DNA of 64,000 nucleotides, taken from assembly GCA_964035545.1 (NCBI GenBank), contig OZ037772.1, forward strand, positions 9,417,150 to 9,481,149. The letters run 5' to 3'. The position numbers were made by a program, and so were the translations under genes. Below, piece after piece: positions 43,591 through 62,902 of the stretch. How positions within the stretch are numbered: position 1 is the stretch's first letter; each line of letters opens with the position of its first letter. The DNA is from Bugula neritina (Eukaryota; Animalia; Bryozoa). A model generated the notes under the pieces. That model worked only from the letters and a program-made list of their open reading frames with translations, had not been told where the DNA came from and ran no database searches.

Positions 43591-45132
43591 CTTAAGTACA
43601 ACTCAACACTAAAAGTAAAGTAAAACTGCAAAGACTTGCTGTAACACAATTTTATCTGCACTTTGAATACAATATTGTAGATTCTCCTTAGCCCTTTATA
43701 TATAGTTTAAGATATAACTAATATCTGTCAAACAAAGAAAGCTATTGCAGAAGCACTATATAGCTAGCTTTCATTAAACCATTTACTCATACATACATGT
43801 GCTATGAAACTGGCAGTTTTTCATCTCAATTGTTAAAGCTTTTGTGATACTTTACTAAAATCAAATGATAGCGTGTGTTATCCTCTCATGCATATGCTAT
43901 GAAACTATAAGAAGTGTTTTAATTATCTTATCAAAAGTTTCATAACATTAAACTTAAATAAAATTATCAGTTTATTACTTTGCAAAGACCGTGAAATTTT
44001 ATCTTATTTATAGAACAAGTCTCTATAAAAAATAATCCTGCCTATTAAATTAAGTTCAGGCTCAGCTTAGTGTTGTTTACAATAATTCCCAAAGTCAAAT
44101 TGAGTAGAAACCTCTCATCCAGAAAATAGATCTAATTTACATTTTCTGTTCTTGAAAACTTTACAATCGGTATTTTCTCCAGGCAGAGAATAACGTCTCT
44201 GTTTCAAATGCAGAAATATTCTGTCTGTAGACAAATTGAAGGTTTTTAGTTTCAGTGTTTTTTAGCTAATTTGTTGATTCAGCTGTGTTACTGGAACTTC
44301 TGCTCTGAACATTATACTCTATAGTTTTGTTGATTTTTCTGACAGTCCATGTGTGAAAGTTAACTATTTGCTAAATTATTTTAACATGGTAAAGGAAATT
44401 TTCCATCAGGGATTCTCACATGCACCGTGACTATGATTATACTCAAGTGAGCATTAGACTAGTTTGTTTCATTTGGATTTTAGATACTGACCATCAGTGC
44501 ATCTGTGAAAATAAAAAAAAACAGAACAAGCCATTTAGTTACTGTTTTTGTACGAGTAGTAGGATAAATTGATTTATTATTGTTGCAACTTCAAAAAGCA
44601 TATAATCTCTAAAACTATTAGTGTATGATGGATAATTTGCTAATGACAACTCGGACTGTCTAAAAACACAAACTTCTTCAAAATTTACCGACTAGAAAAA
44701 ATCCAACAGTTGTGGATGTCTGAAAACATGATATGACTATAAGCAATAGTTTACATGCATGCATTGAAATTGTTTTCTATCATTACTTCAAATTTCTAAA
44801 AAGAAATGATAAAACACATTAACTGCTTAGGAATTAAATTATAAAACGGCAGTAAAAATGTTTGATTTAGAAAGGCCAAAACATTTGAAGTCAAATTTCA
44901 TTTATGAGCATTGTACAACTGTTTTTCAAGAGGCCAGAAACATGTGAACTAGCTTTAGAATAAAAATTATGGCAAGAATGTAAACTATAAAACAAAATAT
45001 GCACAATTAATTTCTGGTATACGACAACTTGATTAAATTTACTAAGTACAGTTGCTTTTCATTTAACTGATGCATTTAAAAATGATTATTCAGATGGTAC
45101 TTATGTGAATATTTCTCTCCACATTATTGACA

Positions 45133-47976
45133 TTAGGAAGGTTTATTTCCAGTATCATGAGTTTTCATATGTCTCTCAAAGTGATTTTTGTTCTTTGTTC
45201 TGTAGTCACACACGCTGCAAACATATACATTTGTTTTGTCGTGAGTTTCTATATGGCAAACTATGTTCCTATCGGTACCTGTCTTGAATCTACAGTAGGG
45301 GCATTCGTATTTCCCAGTTTCAGGACCTTCAAAATAAAAACAAGAATATTATTTACAATAAGTTATATTATGTTCTTGTAAAACTGTTTATGAGAAGTTA
45401 TATATTCACATATGTACACAAAAAGAAACATATTGGATCTGGAAAAAGCTCTTTGAGCTCAATTTACTCTTATTATAGATATTATTCAAATTGAATAATA
45501 ATTAAATTAAATTAAATATTAAGACATCTATAATTATCCTAATATTTAATTATACTATTATATGTATGTGTAGTTACAATATAATTATGATAATTAAGTA
45601 CATAATAAGAATTGATAACTTACTATAATAAGTTAAAGCTAAAGCAGATACATCGGATGGTTGACGCTGTGAAGTTGATGGAGTGGAGTGAATCTCATCT
45701 GTCTGTTGATTGAATGGTAAGTTCTGAGAAATTTGTGAATGAATTGGCTGTGTGAAAAGTTCAGGAAGATTAGAGTGGCTCTGGTTTACTGCAGAGGTAG
45801 ATTGACTCCCATAATACTGGAAATTTTGTGCTTGTCTGTCTGTCTGAAAGTTTGGTGGATGAGCATTCTGGGTATAAGTTGGTAGAGTGGATGTCTGTTG
45901 ACTTTGAAAGGAATAGTTCTGGAGCATGTTCAGTAAATTCAATTGAAATGGTACCATAAATATATCAGGTGAAAACAAATGAGTCAAGTTTCTTGAAAAA
46001 GCATTGTCCCTTACAACAGATTGAAGGTTTTCATTTGATGAAAGTGTCTGTTGATCTAATACTTGATTAATCTGGCTAAAGTTGGGTGAACTTCTAACAT
46101 CCTGTTCAACAGAGGCTGCAGAAGGCGTAGTAAATTGGCTTCTATGTCTTGGAGAATTGCCAACAAGTTGCATATTTCCGGCTCTTCTGCTCGTTTGTGG
46201 AGTTTGTAACTCAATATGTTCCTCATAGGTTGGTAAGTGTGAACCATGTAAGAGAAAATAATATTCAGACCATGTAGTAGTATTGTTTCTATCAGAACCT
46301 TGCATATTTACTCTTTCTGTGTTTCTCGGTTGAGATGACGAAGAAATCTCCTGGGAACCAGATGGTAGCTGGGATCTGTTTGTTGCTATTGACAGATCTA
46401 AAGGAAGTTCAGTGTTTTCTACACTCTCCACATTTTTTCGTCCTGGATTTAGCGCTATAATGTCTTTACTTTCTAAAAAGAAGAGAACAAAAAATGTCGT
46501 TCAAGCTTATAAATATACAAACATCAAACCATTTGTCCCAATCTTCAAATATTAAGAGTTTTGCAGACGTCAAAAGATGGTGTGGAAAACCCAGCTCTTC
46601 AAATTTTTAGGTTAAAGTGAAAATTCAAGATGTTTTTGACTTTCCTTGAACTATTTGAAAATCTAAGACATTCCTAAAAAAACTTACTGACCCGTCAACA
46701 GTCTACTTATTTGTAAAGATCATTAACTTAATTAAACCTCTGCACCTATAGTTTACTTTTATTATAAATTTTAAAAAAAAGTACTTTACAAGCTGTACTC
46801 AAGTAGTATTAAAATGTGGTAATGAAAGTTTCGTGCTTCCTACACTCTTCTCATTCTGTTTTTCTATATACTTGGTATTACTTCTGCAGTTTCAATAAAA
46901 GGCGTAAATATTGCTTTGAATTTTATAATTGCTATCCTATAATTTTTATGAACTGTTAGTATTATTACCATCACTATCAGAACCTTGGATGTTTACTCTT
47001 TCTGTGTTTCTTGGTTGAGAAGCTGAGTACATCTCCTGGTAACCAGATGCCATCGACAGATCTAATGGTTGATCGGTTCCTCCTATAAAGCTCTCCTCGT
47101 TCTGTTTTATATTTAGCAATGATTCAGTGTTTCCTGTAAAGTAAATAAATATGTTCTTAAAACTTATTATACTACTTGCATAATATTTTCACAATCATCA
47201 CAAAACTTGCTTCAACTTCACTTTGGTATTACCCATACAGAGGCAAACAGCATAATATGTAGCTTTCTCAGTTTATTGGTAGTTGAAATTGGGTGGATTG
47301 CAATTTTTTAACTTTGTTCAAGCATGAAAAGGTGTTGTTATAAAACACTCTCTGTATGTTAAGCTGAAGTTAAAATTCAAAATTATTTGGAACTTGATTT
47401 AGAAATATTTGAAAAGCTAATATACATGCATTCAACAAACTGACTAACCAATCCACTTTCTACTCTGCAGAGATAATTCATTTAAACTGAGGCGCAATTT
47501 TTTCATTACAAGGTTACAATAAAAATTATTCAGAAACTGTACTCAAGTTGCATTCATGTAGATTGGGTAAAATTCTCCCAAAGCAAACTGCTGAAAAAAT
47601 CCTGTAAGATTGAGTATTAAAGCAAAAAAATGTAGATGCAAATGACAGTGTATTTAAAAGTACTGACCCTCATCACTCATAAGACTTGCTAGATCAGCAT
47701 TCTGTTCAGAATCTCTGAGTTCATCATTAGAATCCTGCTCTTGTCTTATGCATCCTTCATCTGAAAATATAACTCTGATGTCTTAGAATACAGTGTAGGT
47801 TGTTAGAAATAAACTAATGAACTCAAATTACAAACTCTAGTAAACTTTATGACATAAGCAGCCTTCACCAATGTGCCATACAAGGGCAGAAGTTCAACAC
47901 TTACTACTACATTATCACACTGTTTTAAAGTATTAATAAAATACAGTCTCTACTTACTTGACATATCATCTGCCAT
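45133..47976 (-). CDS. ZF array unit 7 (two PLDLS motifs, two C2H2 fingers)
   Basis: PLDLS at 47054-47068 and 46390-46404; finger exon YECPYCRFKTGTDRNIVCHIETH...CSVCDYRTKNKNHFERHMKTH...KPS*. Confidence 0.87.
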
Positions 47977-48968
47977 TTCAAGTACAACTCAACACTAAAA
48001 GTATAACAAAACTGCTAAGACTTTTGTAAAATAATTTAATCATTACTTTGATTACAATATTGTAGATTCTCCGTAGCCCTTTATATATATTTTAGGATAT
48101 AACTAATATCTGTTAAACAAAGAAAGCTATTGCAGAAGCATTATATAGCCAGCTTTTATTACACCATTTTAGATATATACGTACTAAGCTAAAAGTTTAT
48201 TATGTCAGCTGTTGAAGCTTTTATATTATACTAAAATCAAGTAATAGTATGCCCTATCCTCTTATGCATATAGCCTACTTTGTTTAAAAATGAAAGCACA
48301 TCAAGCAGTTTATTTTCACTCACAAGTCAGAAGTGGTCCTTTATGTAACTAACATCAATAAGTGTGACAATATTTGCAAATCATGATGCAATCCTTCAAA
48401 ATATTTTGTTGTAAGTTATTGAAACTGCAAAAACTTCTTCTGAAAAAAAACTGCATATTTAGTTTTAAAAAATTGAGGCTGCGTTATTTGATGACCTTAT
48501 TTAGTATTGGCTGATCAAAGATGTTTTACTTCTTTTCTGTACCATAGTTACTTAATGGTTTTTAAATTAATTCCGAAATCTTAAAGCTTTTATACTACAA
48601 AACTACCACTATAGAAAATAAGTGCTTTAAAAAATGGATATAAAAATAAGTAATGACAGTGAACTGATTTATTTAGATGAGTCCGTGAATACTATTAAAG
48701 CACCAATACCTTAAAAGTATAAAACTTATCAACTAAAAACCGAAGTCTAATTTGTTTAGGTATGCTTAATAAAAGATATTAATATAAATCTGCATGGATT
48801 AAAAACAATATAATTTATATAATTTAAATTCTTGTACAGGTGAATGTTTTTTAGGTAAAAAAAGTAATACTGTAATTAGGGAAGTATGTTTAAACTGTTT
48901 AAATTCAAAGAGCTATTCATATTTAGAATTTAGAATTCTTTAAATAAAAGATCTTTGTGTAAAACAAT

Positions 48969-50812
48969 TTAAGGCTTTCTAACTTTCCGTGATTTAATGC
49001 TCCATTGATGCATCTTGTAATGCATGTTCAAAGTGTTCTTATTTACATATTCTCTACCACAGTGGATGCATTTGTAAATCTTTATTCCTTCGTGACTTTC
49101 CCTGAAATGACTGTAAAGACTGGACCTTTCTTGTACTCTGTAGTCGCATAAATGACAAACATGTACATTTATCAATGAATGAGTTGCTGTATGAGAGTTG
49201 ATATGGCTTTCATCTGATGACTCATATCTACACTGCGGGCATCTCCATGTCCTAGTTGTGTGATCTGTAAAAATGAAATACATGGAAACAAACTATAATC
49301 AAGAAGAGAAGGGCAAGAAAATTGTTACTCAATTTATATATGTATTATACATTGATTGCATACTATGCATGATATTTTATTTTGAGTGTATGCATGTTTG
49401 TGTGTATATTTTGTCATCTATGATATTAGGAAATTACTCTACCATAACTTGGAGTAGAAGACAAATCAATGGTGGCTCCAGACAGCGAAGTTGATGGAGT
49501 GGAGTGAATCTCATCTGTCTGTTGATTGGATGTTAGGTTTCGTGGAGTAGAAGATGGAATCTGTAAACGAGTTGGTTGTTTGAAGATTTTAGGCAGAGTA
49601 GAGTGATTCTGATTTACTGTAGAGGTACTCTGTCTATAGACATCCTGGATGGTTTCAGTTCCTCTGTCTGTTTCTTGACTTGTTGCTTGAGTGGAATGAC
49701 TACCAGATGCTAACTGTTGATCTAGCTGTGCTGTTGTAAGCACTGTGTTATAAATTTCCTCTTTAAGATATTTTTCCTCACCTATAGTTTTTTCTAATGA
49801 AAAACATCTAATTTTAAATATTATCATTAAGTGGTGACAATACAATTATATGCACTGAATTATCCCAACTGCATACTAAAAAATTACTGAAACCCTGCAC
49901 CTTAACAAACAGGCTAAAACAGTTTTTCACATATATCTTTCCCAATGTCACCCAGTTGCTGCAATGGCTGTTTCAACTAGATGTTAAATTTTGAAAATTT
50001 CCTTTGATTTCTGTTTTAAAAGCTTTTTTAAAACATTGTTTATCATTAGAAAATTACTAAAAAGTTAACTATAGCTAATGGGTGTTAAAATCGTATCGAA
50101 AAATCATGTATATCACTCTAAACCATAAAACAGTGCTCAAGCAAGATAATATCAGTTAATTCAAGTTCACCAAAAAAGTGCAAACCTGTGTCAGTTGTCA
50201 CTTTGCCTGAGTCTTTATCTGAATCACCGTTCCTGAGATCTTGTGTGAAATCCTCAACTTCTTGCCGGGCTCTTCCTTCATCTGAAAAGTAGAAATTGAC
50301 ATCTCTAAAAGTGCTGTTTACTCTGTACAACAAAAGTTGAAAGTTATAATGAGAATTAATTGTGAAGTAATGCAAATATATTTAAAGAAAACCTTTGCCC
50401 CTCCATTGGGATTCTAACTCAAGACATGCAACTTGCAAACAGGCTATGGCACAACAAGGGTTGTGTACTTAATGAACTTTATAACAATACAAAAGCTTTT
50501 ATTTCAGATAAAAGTTGGCAATTGAGTTTTGTCACTAAAACTTTTAACGTCAATTTTTTTTATAAATTTCCTTTGTTTTAAAGTGGGTTTTTATAATACA
50601 AAGTTTTATGAAAATTGTTTTTACAAATAAAATGCCTGTAGCATTAAAATAGTTTCATAAAGATAAATCAAGTTTACATAAAATACATTACTGATACGCC
50701 AACCACCAGAAGTAACTTTATTTATGGTTATGTTTTAGATAATTTATCACATTATATTCTAAGAATTTACTAGAATACAGCCACTCTACTTACTTGACAT
50801 TCCATCTGCCAT
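48969..50812 (-). CDS. ZF array unit 8 (three intact C2H2 fingers, short linker region)
   Basis: MADGMS micro-exon; exons ~50281-50186 and ~49794-49442; finger exon ~49265-48969 with an intact third finger YKCIHCGREYVNKNTLNMHYKMH. Confidence 0.85.
50394..50460 (-). mobile_element. Degenerate tRNA-Ala-derived SINE-like repeat, family 2
   Basis: ttgcccctccattgggattctaact...acttgcaaacagg matches the 5530 copy. Confidence 0.5.
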
Positions 50813-51249
50813 CTCAAGTATAACTCAACACTAAAAGTAAAAGGAAACTGCAAGACAAGCTGTAACACAGCTTTGTCTGCATTTTGAATATAACAAGATG
50901 GTAGATTATCATTTAATATGTAATAAGTAGTGGCAAAAAAGCAGCACAAAAGCTATTTTAAACACATTTCATAAAGCCACCTTTTATCAAACCAATTTAT
51001 TCATATGCTTGTGCTGGACTAGAAGTTAGTTTTCATTTATGGCTACAAATCTTATATTTTACTAAAATCAAGTGTTGATTTTAGTGTTTTGTATATTCTA
51101 TGCAAGAGGTGTGAAATTCTAATTGGTTTGCAGCAAATATCAATAAAAACTCTTCATAACTTTATAACAGACATGCTAGCCTTTTATGCAGAAACTGTGC
51201 TTCTAAAAATAGTATTAGATAATGAAACTGTTGTTTGGAATCTCAAAGC

Positions 51250-51328
51250 CCCTGTAGCATAATTGCTTATCTAGCCCTGCTTGCAAGCCGGAGGTCTGTG
51301 GTTTGAATTTCAGTGGGGGGAGCAATTA
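51250..51328 (+). mobile_element. tRNA-Ala-derived SINE-like repeat, family 2
   Basis: tgtagcataattgctta...ctgcTTGCAAgccggaggtctgtggtttgaatttcag...gcaatt. Absent from the paralogous spacers at ~58735 and ~61610. Confidence 0.65.
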
Positions 51329-52081
51329 TTTTATGGAAACTATAACAACCAGTTGCTTAACAATTACAGATATGACTTAGATGTTCACTGCATGACCTGA
51401 AATAATTAAAAAAAGCAATTTATACAGAAATTCAAAGAATAATTAGAATTGTTAGAGATATCGACACTTTTTATAATTTTATTTGCCTAGGAGTATATTT
51501 AAACTTCAGTACAAACTAAAAATCTTGGATTATTTAATATACATGTTTTCGGCATGAAAGCTTTGAGCATAAGCAAAGAGATTGTTGGCTAAAGACAGTG
51601 AAGATGAGGAAATGGAGTGAATGTCATCTACCTGCCGACTGGCTGTTAGATTCTGTTGAATGTGTGAATGAATTGGTTGTGTGGAGAGTTCAGATGAAGT
51701 GGAATGACTCTGGAGGAATGTCTGTTAAAGCTAACTTAAAGATTATCAGTTCTTCAGTTTGAAAGTTGATCTGTTGATTGACTGGATCGGCTACCAGATG
51801 GTAAGTGTTGATCTAGCTGTGTTATTTTGGAAGCTTTGTTCTAGAGCTTCACTCTTGATTTGCTGGCATTTTTTCACAATTCATCCATGGAGGTATAATA
51901 TCTGTTCAATAGTTATGGCCTTGTAAAAAGCACCTTTCTAACAGGTGCTATCACGTGGTTGGTGGCTAGACCCAAGGGATTATTACTTAGGCGAGTTTAT
52001 AGTCACCTTCAAGGTGTTCTTACAAAAACCGCTGATGGAAAAATTGTTTTGTGAAATCGGCTTAAGGATTTTTTCAGATGT

Positions 52082-52192
52082 GGCACAGGAGCAATTATGA
52101 CTGGATGCTCTTCCTAACATCACCAATAGCCTTTGTCTGAGCTCAAACCTATGACCTCCGTGTTCGCTCTAACCCCTAGACTGAGGCTGCCC
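52082..52192 (-). mobile_element. tRNA-derived SINE, family 1, partial
   Basis: Reverse complement of the ggtgatgttaggaagagcatccagtcataattg core shared with the 1184 copy. Confidence 0.75.
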
Positions 52193-52867
52193 ATGCATTC
52201 GGGTATTGAACAGGTTTATTCTAATAATGTTTCAGAAACTTACCATGAGTGTTTGTGAGAATAATAACAAATATGTAATACTTGGATATAATGATTTCTC
52301 ATTTATTGACATTGTATTTAACTAGTATTGCAACTTCAGAAGAGCATGTATTTGCATATAACTTGTACTGAATGATAGTTTGTTGTTTCCTGACAATCTA
52401 CACTGTTTAATAACACAAGACTCTTTAAAAATTGCAAACTAAATAAATCTAAAAAAAAAGTGTCCATAATTAGAAGACTATAAACTATCTTTGAGATTTT
52501 AAAACATTTTTTCTATTATAACTTTATTTTCAAAAAAACTAAAGGCTGTAAGAATTCAAAAATTAAAAAATATCCATGCTTACTTTTTAAAAGCTAAAGG
52601 CAGTTCAAGACACTTTTTTAACATGAATATGTAGCTAATGTTAATCTATAAACCAGCAAAATTTATTCTGAGTTTAAAAAAAATATTAGCCCATGAAGGT
52701 ATATAATCTCATGTTGATTCTATGCAACTATAGAAATGTACAAGTATGACATTTTCAATTACTCAAGGTATGTATGACAAGCTGGAATTGACCGAGTTCA
52801 TTTGTTTCTTTTGACGAGTTTAAGATGCTTGCTCAGATATAAAAGATTCCTCACTACAGTAGATACA

Positions 52868-58258
<5,391 letters not shown>

Positions 58259-59623
58259 CTTAAGTACAACTAGACACTAAAAGTAAAATGTAACTGTATA
58301 GTCTTCCTGTAACAAGGTTTTACCTGCACTTTCCATCTATTCCATATAAGGTTGTGAACTCTATTTTCTTTTTTATATACTATTTCAAGATGTGGTGAAT
58401 AATTCCCAGAAGGCAAGAAAGCTATTGTAAAAGCCCTCCATCTAGCCAGCTTTTATCAAACCAATTTATTCATACATGTGCTAAACTAGAAGTGATTTTT
58501 AATTGAATAGCAAAAAATATCATCATATTTTACTAAAATCGGGTGACGCTCTTAGTGTTCAGTATATTATATATGCACAGAATTTGAGATTTTAATTTCT
58601 TTACATGTAATTCTCAATAAAAAAACTCTTCACAATTTTAAAACAGACATGTTAGCCTTTATGCAGAAACTTTGCTTCTAAAAATAGTATTTTATAGATA
58701 ATGAAACTGTTGTTTGGAATTCCGAAGCCCCTGTAGCCTATTGAACTAAACAAATTGGAACACATTAAAGGTTTTCTGAATGGCAAATATAACATGTTCA
58801 GAGTATAAGCAGAGATATTGCTGGCTGCAGACAGTGAATATGATGAAATGGAGTGAATCTCATTTCTCTGTTGATTGGATACTGGATGTTGTTGACTAGC
58901 AAACAAAACGAGTTGGTTATGTGAAGAGTATAGGCAGAGTAGAGTGTTTATATTTACACAATTGATGCATGACAGTAAAATATTTTTAATGGTTAATAAA
59001 AAGCAATTTTATATCAGGGGTTCTCAGATGGATAGTGGCTATAGGCCAAAGTGAGTATTGGACTATATTTATTCCAATCATGTTACAGAGACTTACCATG
59101 AGTGTGTGATATTGAGAACAATAACTAAACGTATATATTGATACAGTTTTTTCTTATTTATTAATGTTGCATTAGAATAAAAAGTTTTTACTAGTATTGC
59201 AACTTAAAAAAAGCTTGGACGTTCTTATTTAACTTGTATTAAATGATTATTTGTTATTTCATGACAATTTAAACTGTTTAAAAACACAAGAGTCCTTAAA
59301 AATTTCACACTAAAGAGAAAAGATTTTCAGTAATCACCAGACTATGAACTTTATATTGGACATGCTAAAACATCATTTTCAAACAACTAAAAGCGTTAGG
59401 AACTTATAAAATAAAAGTAAAAACATGAATAAAAATTATAAGCGCAACACCACTGTAGAATGTTGTGTCAAGTCTATGCAACCTGAAATGTACAACTACA
59501 ACATTTTTAATTACTCAATGTATGTATATATGACTAGCGGAGATTAACTGAGTTCATTTGCTTCTTCTGACAAGATTTAAGATGCTTGTTCAGATATAAA
59601 TATTTCTCACTACAGTAGTTACA

Positions 59624-61131
59624 TTAGTAAGGTTTATATCTAATGTTACAAATTTTAGTATGGGTATTATAATGGGTCTTATTTAGTGTTCTGTAGTCAC
59701 ATATGCGGCAGACATGTACATTTTCATAAGAGTGAGTAACCATGTGTGTCTTGAGGAATTTTACAATTGGTGTCTCGAATCTACACTGAGGGCATTTAAA
59801 TTTGAAGGTTGTACGATCTGTAAACACATAATAATAAAAAAATTGAAACAGTTGATGTAGAAATTGCAAAATCATAATTCATTGTTTGAAAGCTGCTTAA
59901 AATAATTTGAATTTGCCCACCCACCTACCTATCCCACCCCCACACACACACACACAAAGATATGCACGCAGATCCACACTTTTGCTTCACCAACCATACA
60001 CAAAATACAAACACTCAAACTGATGCTATAGATATGATGAATCAGAGAGAAGTCTTTGTAAGTACAAAAATTATAGGCTTTAATAATCAGCATACTATTT
60101 TAACTGTAATTTTTTAGTCAAGAACAAATTATTAACTGACCATAATATTGAGTAAAACCAGTGTATCTGATGACTTCAGACCCTGAAGATGATGGAGTAG
60201 AATGAGTCGCAACTGCTTGTCCATTAGAAGTTTGATCCTGCCTAGTAGAAGATGAGGTCATCGAATGAGTCAGTTCTGTAGAAAATCCAGGCTTAGTATA
60301 AGAGTGGCTTTGATTTACTGTAGAAGTAGTTTTAATGTCAGAAAACTGGATATTTTCTGCCTCTGTGTTTTCTTGTATATTTCCTAAATAGATATCTTGG
60401 CCATGACTTAGTAAATTGTCTGTCTGCATATGTGGTAAGGAATGACTTTCATCTATCAATGGCAAATTTGATTGATATGATGGAAATTGAAAGTTTTCAT
60501 TCAACTCGCACGTTTGTGGATTTAGTGGCTGCTCATTTTGGTCAGATACTGGCGATGCTCTGAGAACTTCCTTTAAAGAAGTTTCAGTCAATTTGTCTCC
60601 ATGTGTTGCTGAACCGCTAGCAATTTCAGAACGTTGCATACCTCGAGTTCTTGCGCTGGTCTGTGAATCTGATGACTGCATATTCTGTTCATAGTTTGGT
60701 GAATGTAATTCGGGTGAAATAAAACAACTCTGTTCAGACACTTCGGCATCAATGTCTTCATCAAGAATATCATCTATGCCCTCTAGTTCTGTACTTGTTG
60801 GATGAATTGTTGCCTGGGATTCTTCAAAATCATATGGTAGATGCAGAGTATCTGGTGCCATTGATGTATCTGTTGGGAGTTGTGTGCTTTCTGCACTCTC
60901 TTCGTATTCCTCCTCTAGAGTTAGCACTGGTTCTACAGGTTTTAAAAAAACATCTAATGTGTCTCCAACTCATAACTTAGTAATTGCTGCAAGAAAATCA
61001 ACTTTTACCATTGTACAGTGTACACCATTAGAACTAAACTGTATCGCTTACTACGGCAAAATATGTACCACTTTGTTATAAGAATTTACTAGAATACAAT
61101 CACTCTACTTACTTGGCATATCATCTGCCAT
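59624..61131 (-). CDS. ZF array unit 10 (C2H2 + C2HC fingers)
   Basis: MADDMP micro-exon; large exon ~60932-60141; finger exon FKCPQCRFETPIVKFLKTHMVTH...CRICDYRTLNKTHYNTHTKIC...KPY*. Confidence 0.85.
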
Positions 61132-62462
61132 CTCAAGTACAACTCAACACTAAAAGTAAAACGTAACTGTATAGTCTTGCTGTAACAAGGTTTTGCCTGC
61201 ACTTTCCATCTATTCCATATAAGCTTGTAGACTATTTTTTGTCTTTTATATACTATTTCAAGATGTGGTGAATAATTCCCAGAGGGCAACAAAGCTATCG
61301 TAAAAGCCCTCTATCTAGCCAGCTTTTATCAAATCAATTTATTTATACATGTACTAAATTAAAAGTGATTTTTTATTGAATAGCAAAAAATATCATCATA
61401 TTTTACTAAAATTGGGTGACACTCTTAGTGTTTAGTATATCATATTTGCACGAAGTTTGAGATTCTAATTTGTTTACAGCAATTCTCAATAAAAAAACTC
61501 TTCACAACTTTAAAACAGACATGTTAGCTTTTAATGCAGAAACTGTGCTTTTAAAAATAGTATTTATAGATAATGAAATCACATGTGGTTTGGAATCCGA
61601 GGCCCTTGTAGCCTATTAAACTAAACAAATTGGAACACATTAAACCTTTTCTGGATGGATGACAAATATAACATGTTTAGAATATAAGCAGAGATATTGC
61701 TGGCTGCAGACAGTGAAGATGATGAAATGGAGTTATGTGAATAGTCTAGGCAGTTTATAGTGACTCTGATGTACTCTAAAGTGGCTTATATATACTTTAT
61801 TTACACAATTCATATTTATGGGAGTAAAATATTTCTAATGGTTATTATAGCCCTGTAAAAAGCACCTGTAAACCAATTGTTCTCACATGGATGCTGACTA
61901 AACTCAAGGGAGTATTAGACGTGATTATCCTAGTAATGTTTTAGAGACTTACCATAAATGTGTTCTGAGAATAATTACTGAACATACATTTTGATACTGT
62001 GATTTTTAATTATTGACATTGTAGTAAGAAAAAATTTCAAATTATACTGTAACTTGTTAAAAGCAAGTATTTGCATTTAACTTGTATAATACACTGAATG
62101 ATCATTTATTGCTTCCTGGCAAATTAGACTGTTTAAAAACAAAAAATTCCTTAAAATATGCAGACTAAGAAAATGAGAAAGAGAAAATGTCAATAATCAC
62201 TTTGAACTCTCTAATAAAACATTATTTTCAAAATACAAGACGCTGTAGGAATTTTTGAAATAAAAACCCAAATATAAGTTGTAAGTTTAACACCACTGTA
62301 GAATTTTGTGTTGATTTTATGCAACTAGAAATGCACAACTACAACATTTTCAATTACTCAAGGTATGTATGACTAGCGGAGATTAACTGAGTTCAGTTGC
62401 TTCTTCTAACAGAATTTAAGATGCTTGTTCAAATATAAATATTCCTCACTACAGTAGGTACA

Positions 62463-62871
62463 TTAGTAAGGTTTATATCTAGCGTTACAACTTTTAGTGT
62501 GGGTATCATAATCGCACTTCTTTTTTGTTCTGTAGTCACATATGCGGCAGACATGTACATTTTCACAAGAGTGAGTAGCTATGTGTGTCTTGATGAAACG
62601 TTTATTTGGTGTTTCAAATCTACACTGAAGGCATCTAAATTTGTAGGTTGTATCATCTGTAAACACGAAATAAAAAGAAAATTAAAACAGTTGATCTAGA
62701 AATTGCAAAATTATAATTCAGTGTAAGCTGTTTATGATAATTTAAATTTACCCACCCACCCACTCACCCACCCACCCACTCACCCACTCACCCACCCACC
62801 CACCCACTCACCCACCCACTCACCCACCCACCCACCCACTCACCCACTCACCCACCCACCCACTCACCCAA

Positions 62872-62902
<31 letters not shown>

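Noticed and set aside
35966-45381. Repeated plus-strand hydrophobic ORFs (35966, 40504, 45127; similarly 19230, 23161, 25446, 53678, 62499)
   Set aside because: Antisense shadows of the minus-strand finger exons; they recur because the exons are duplicated.
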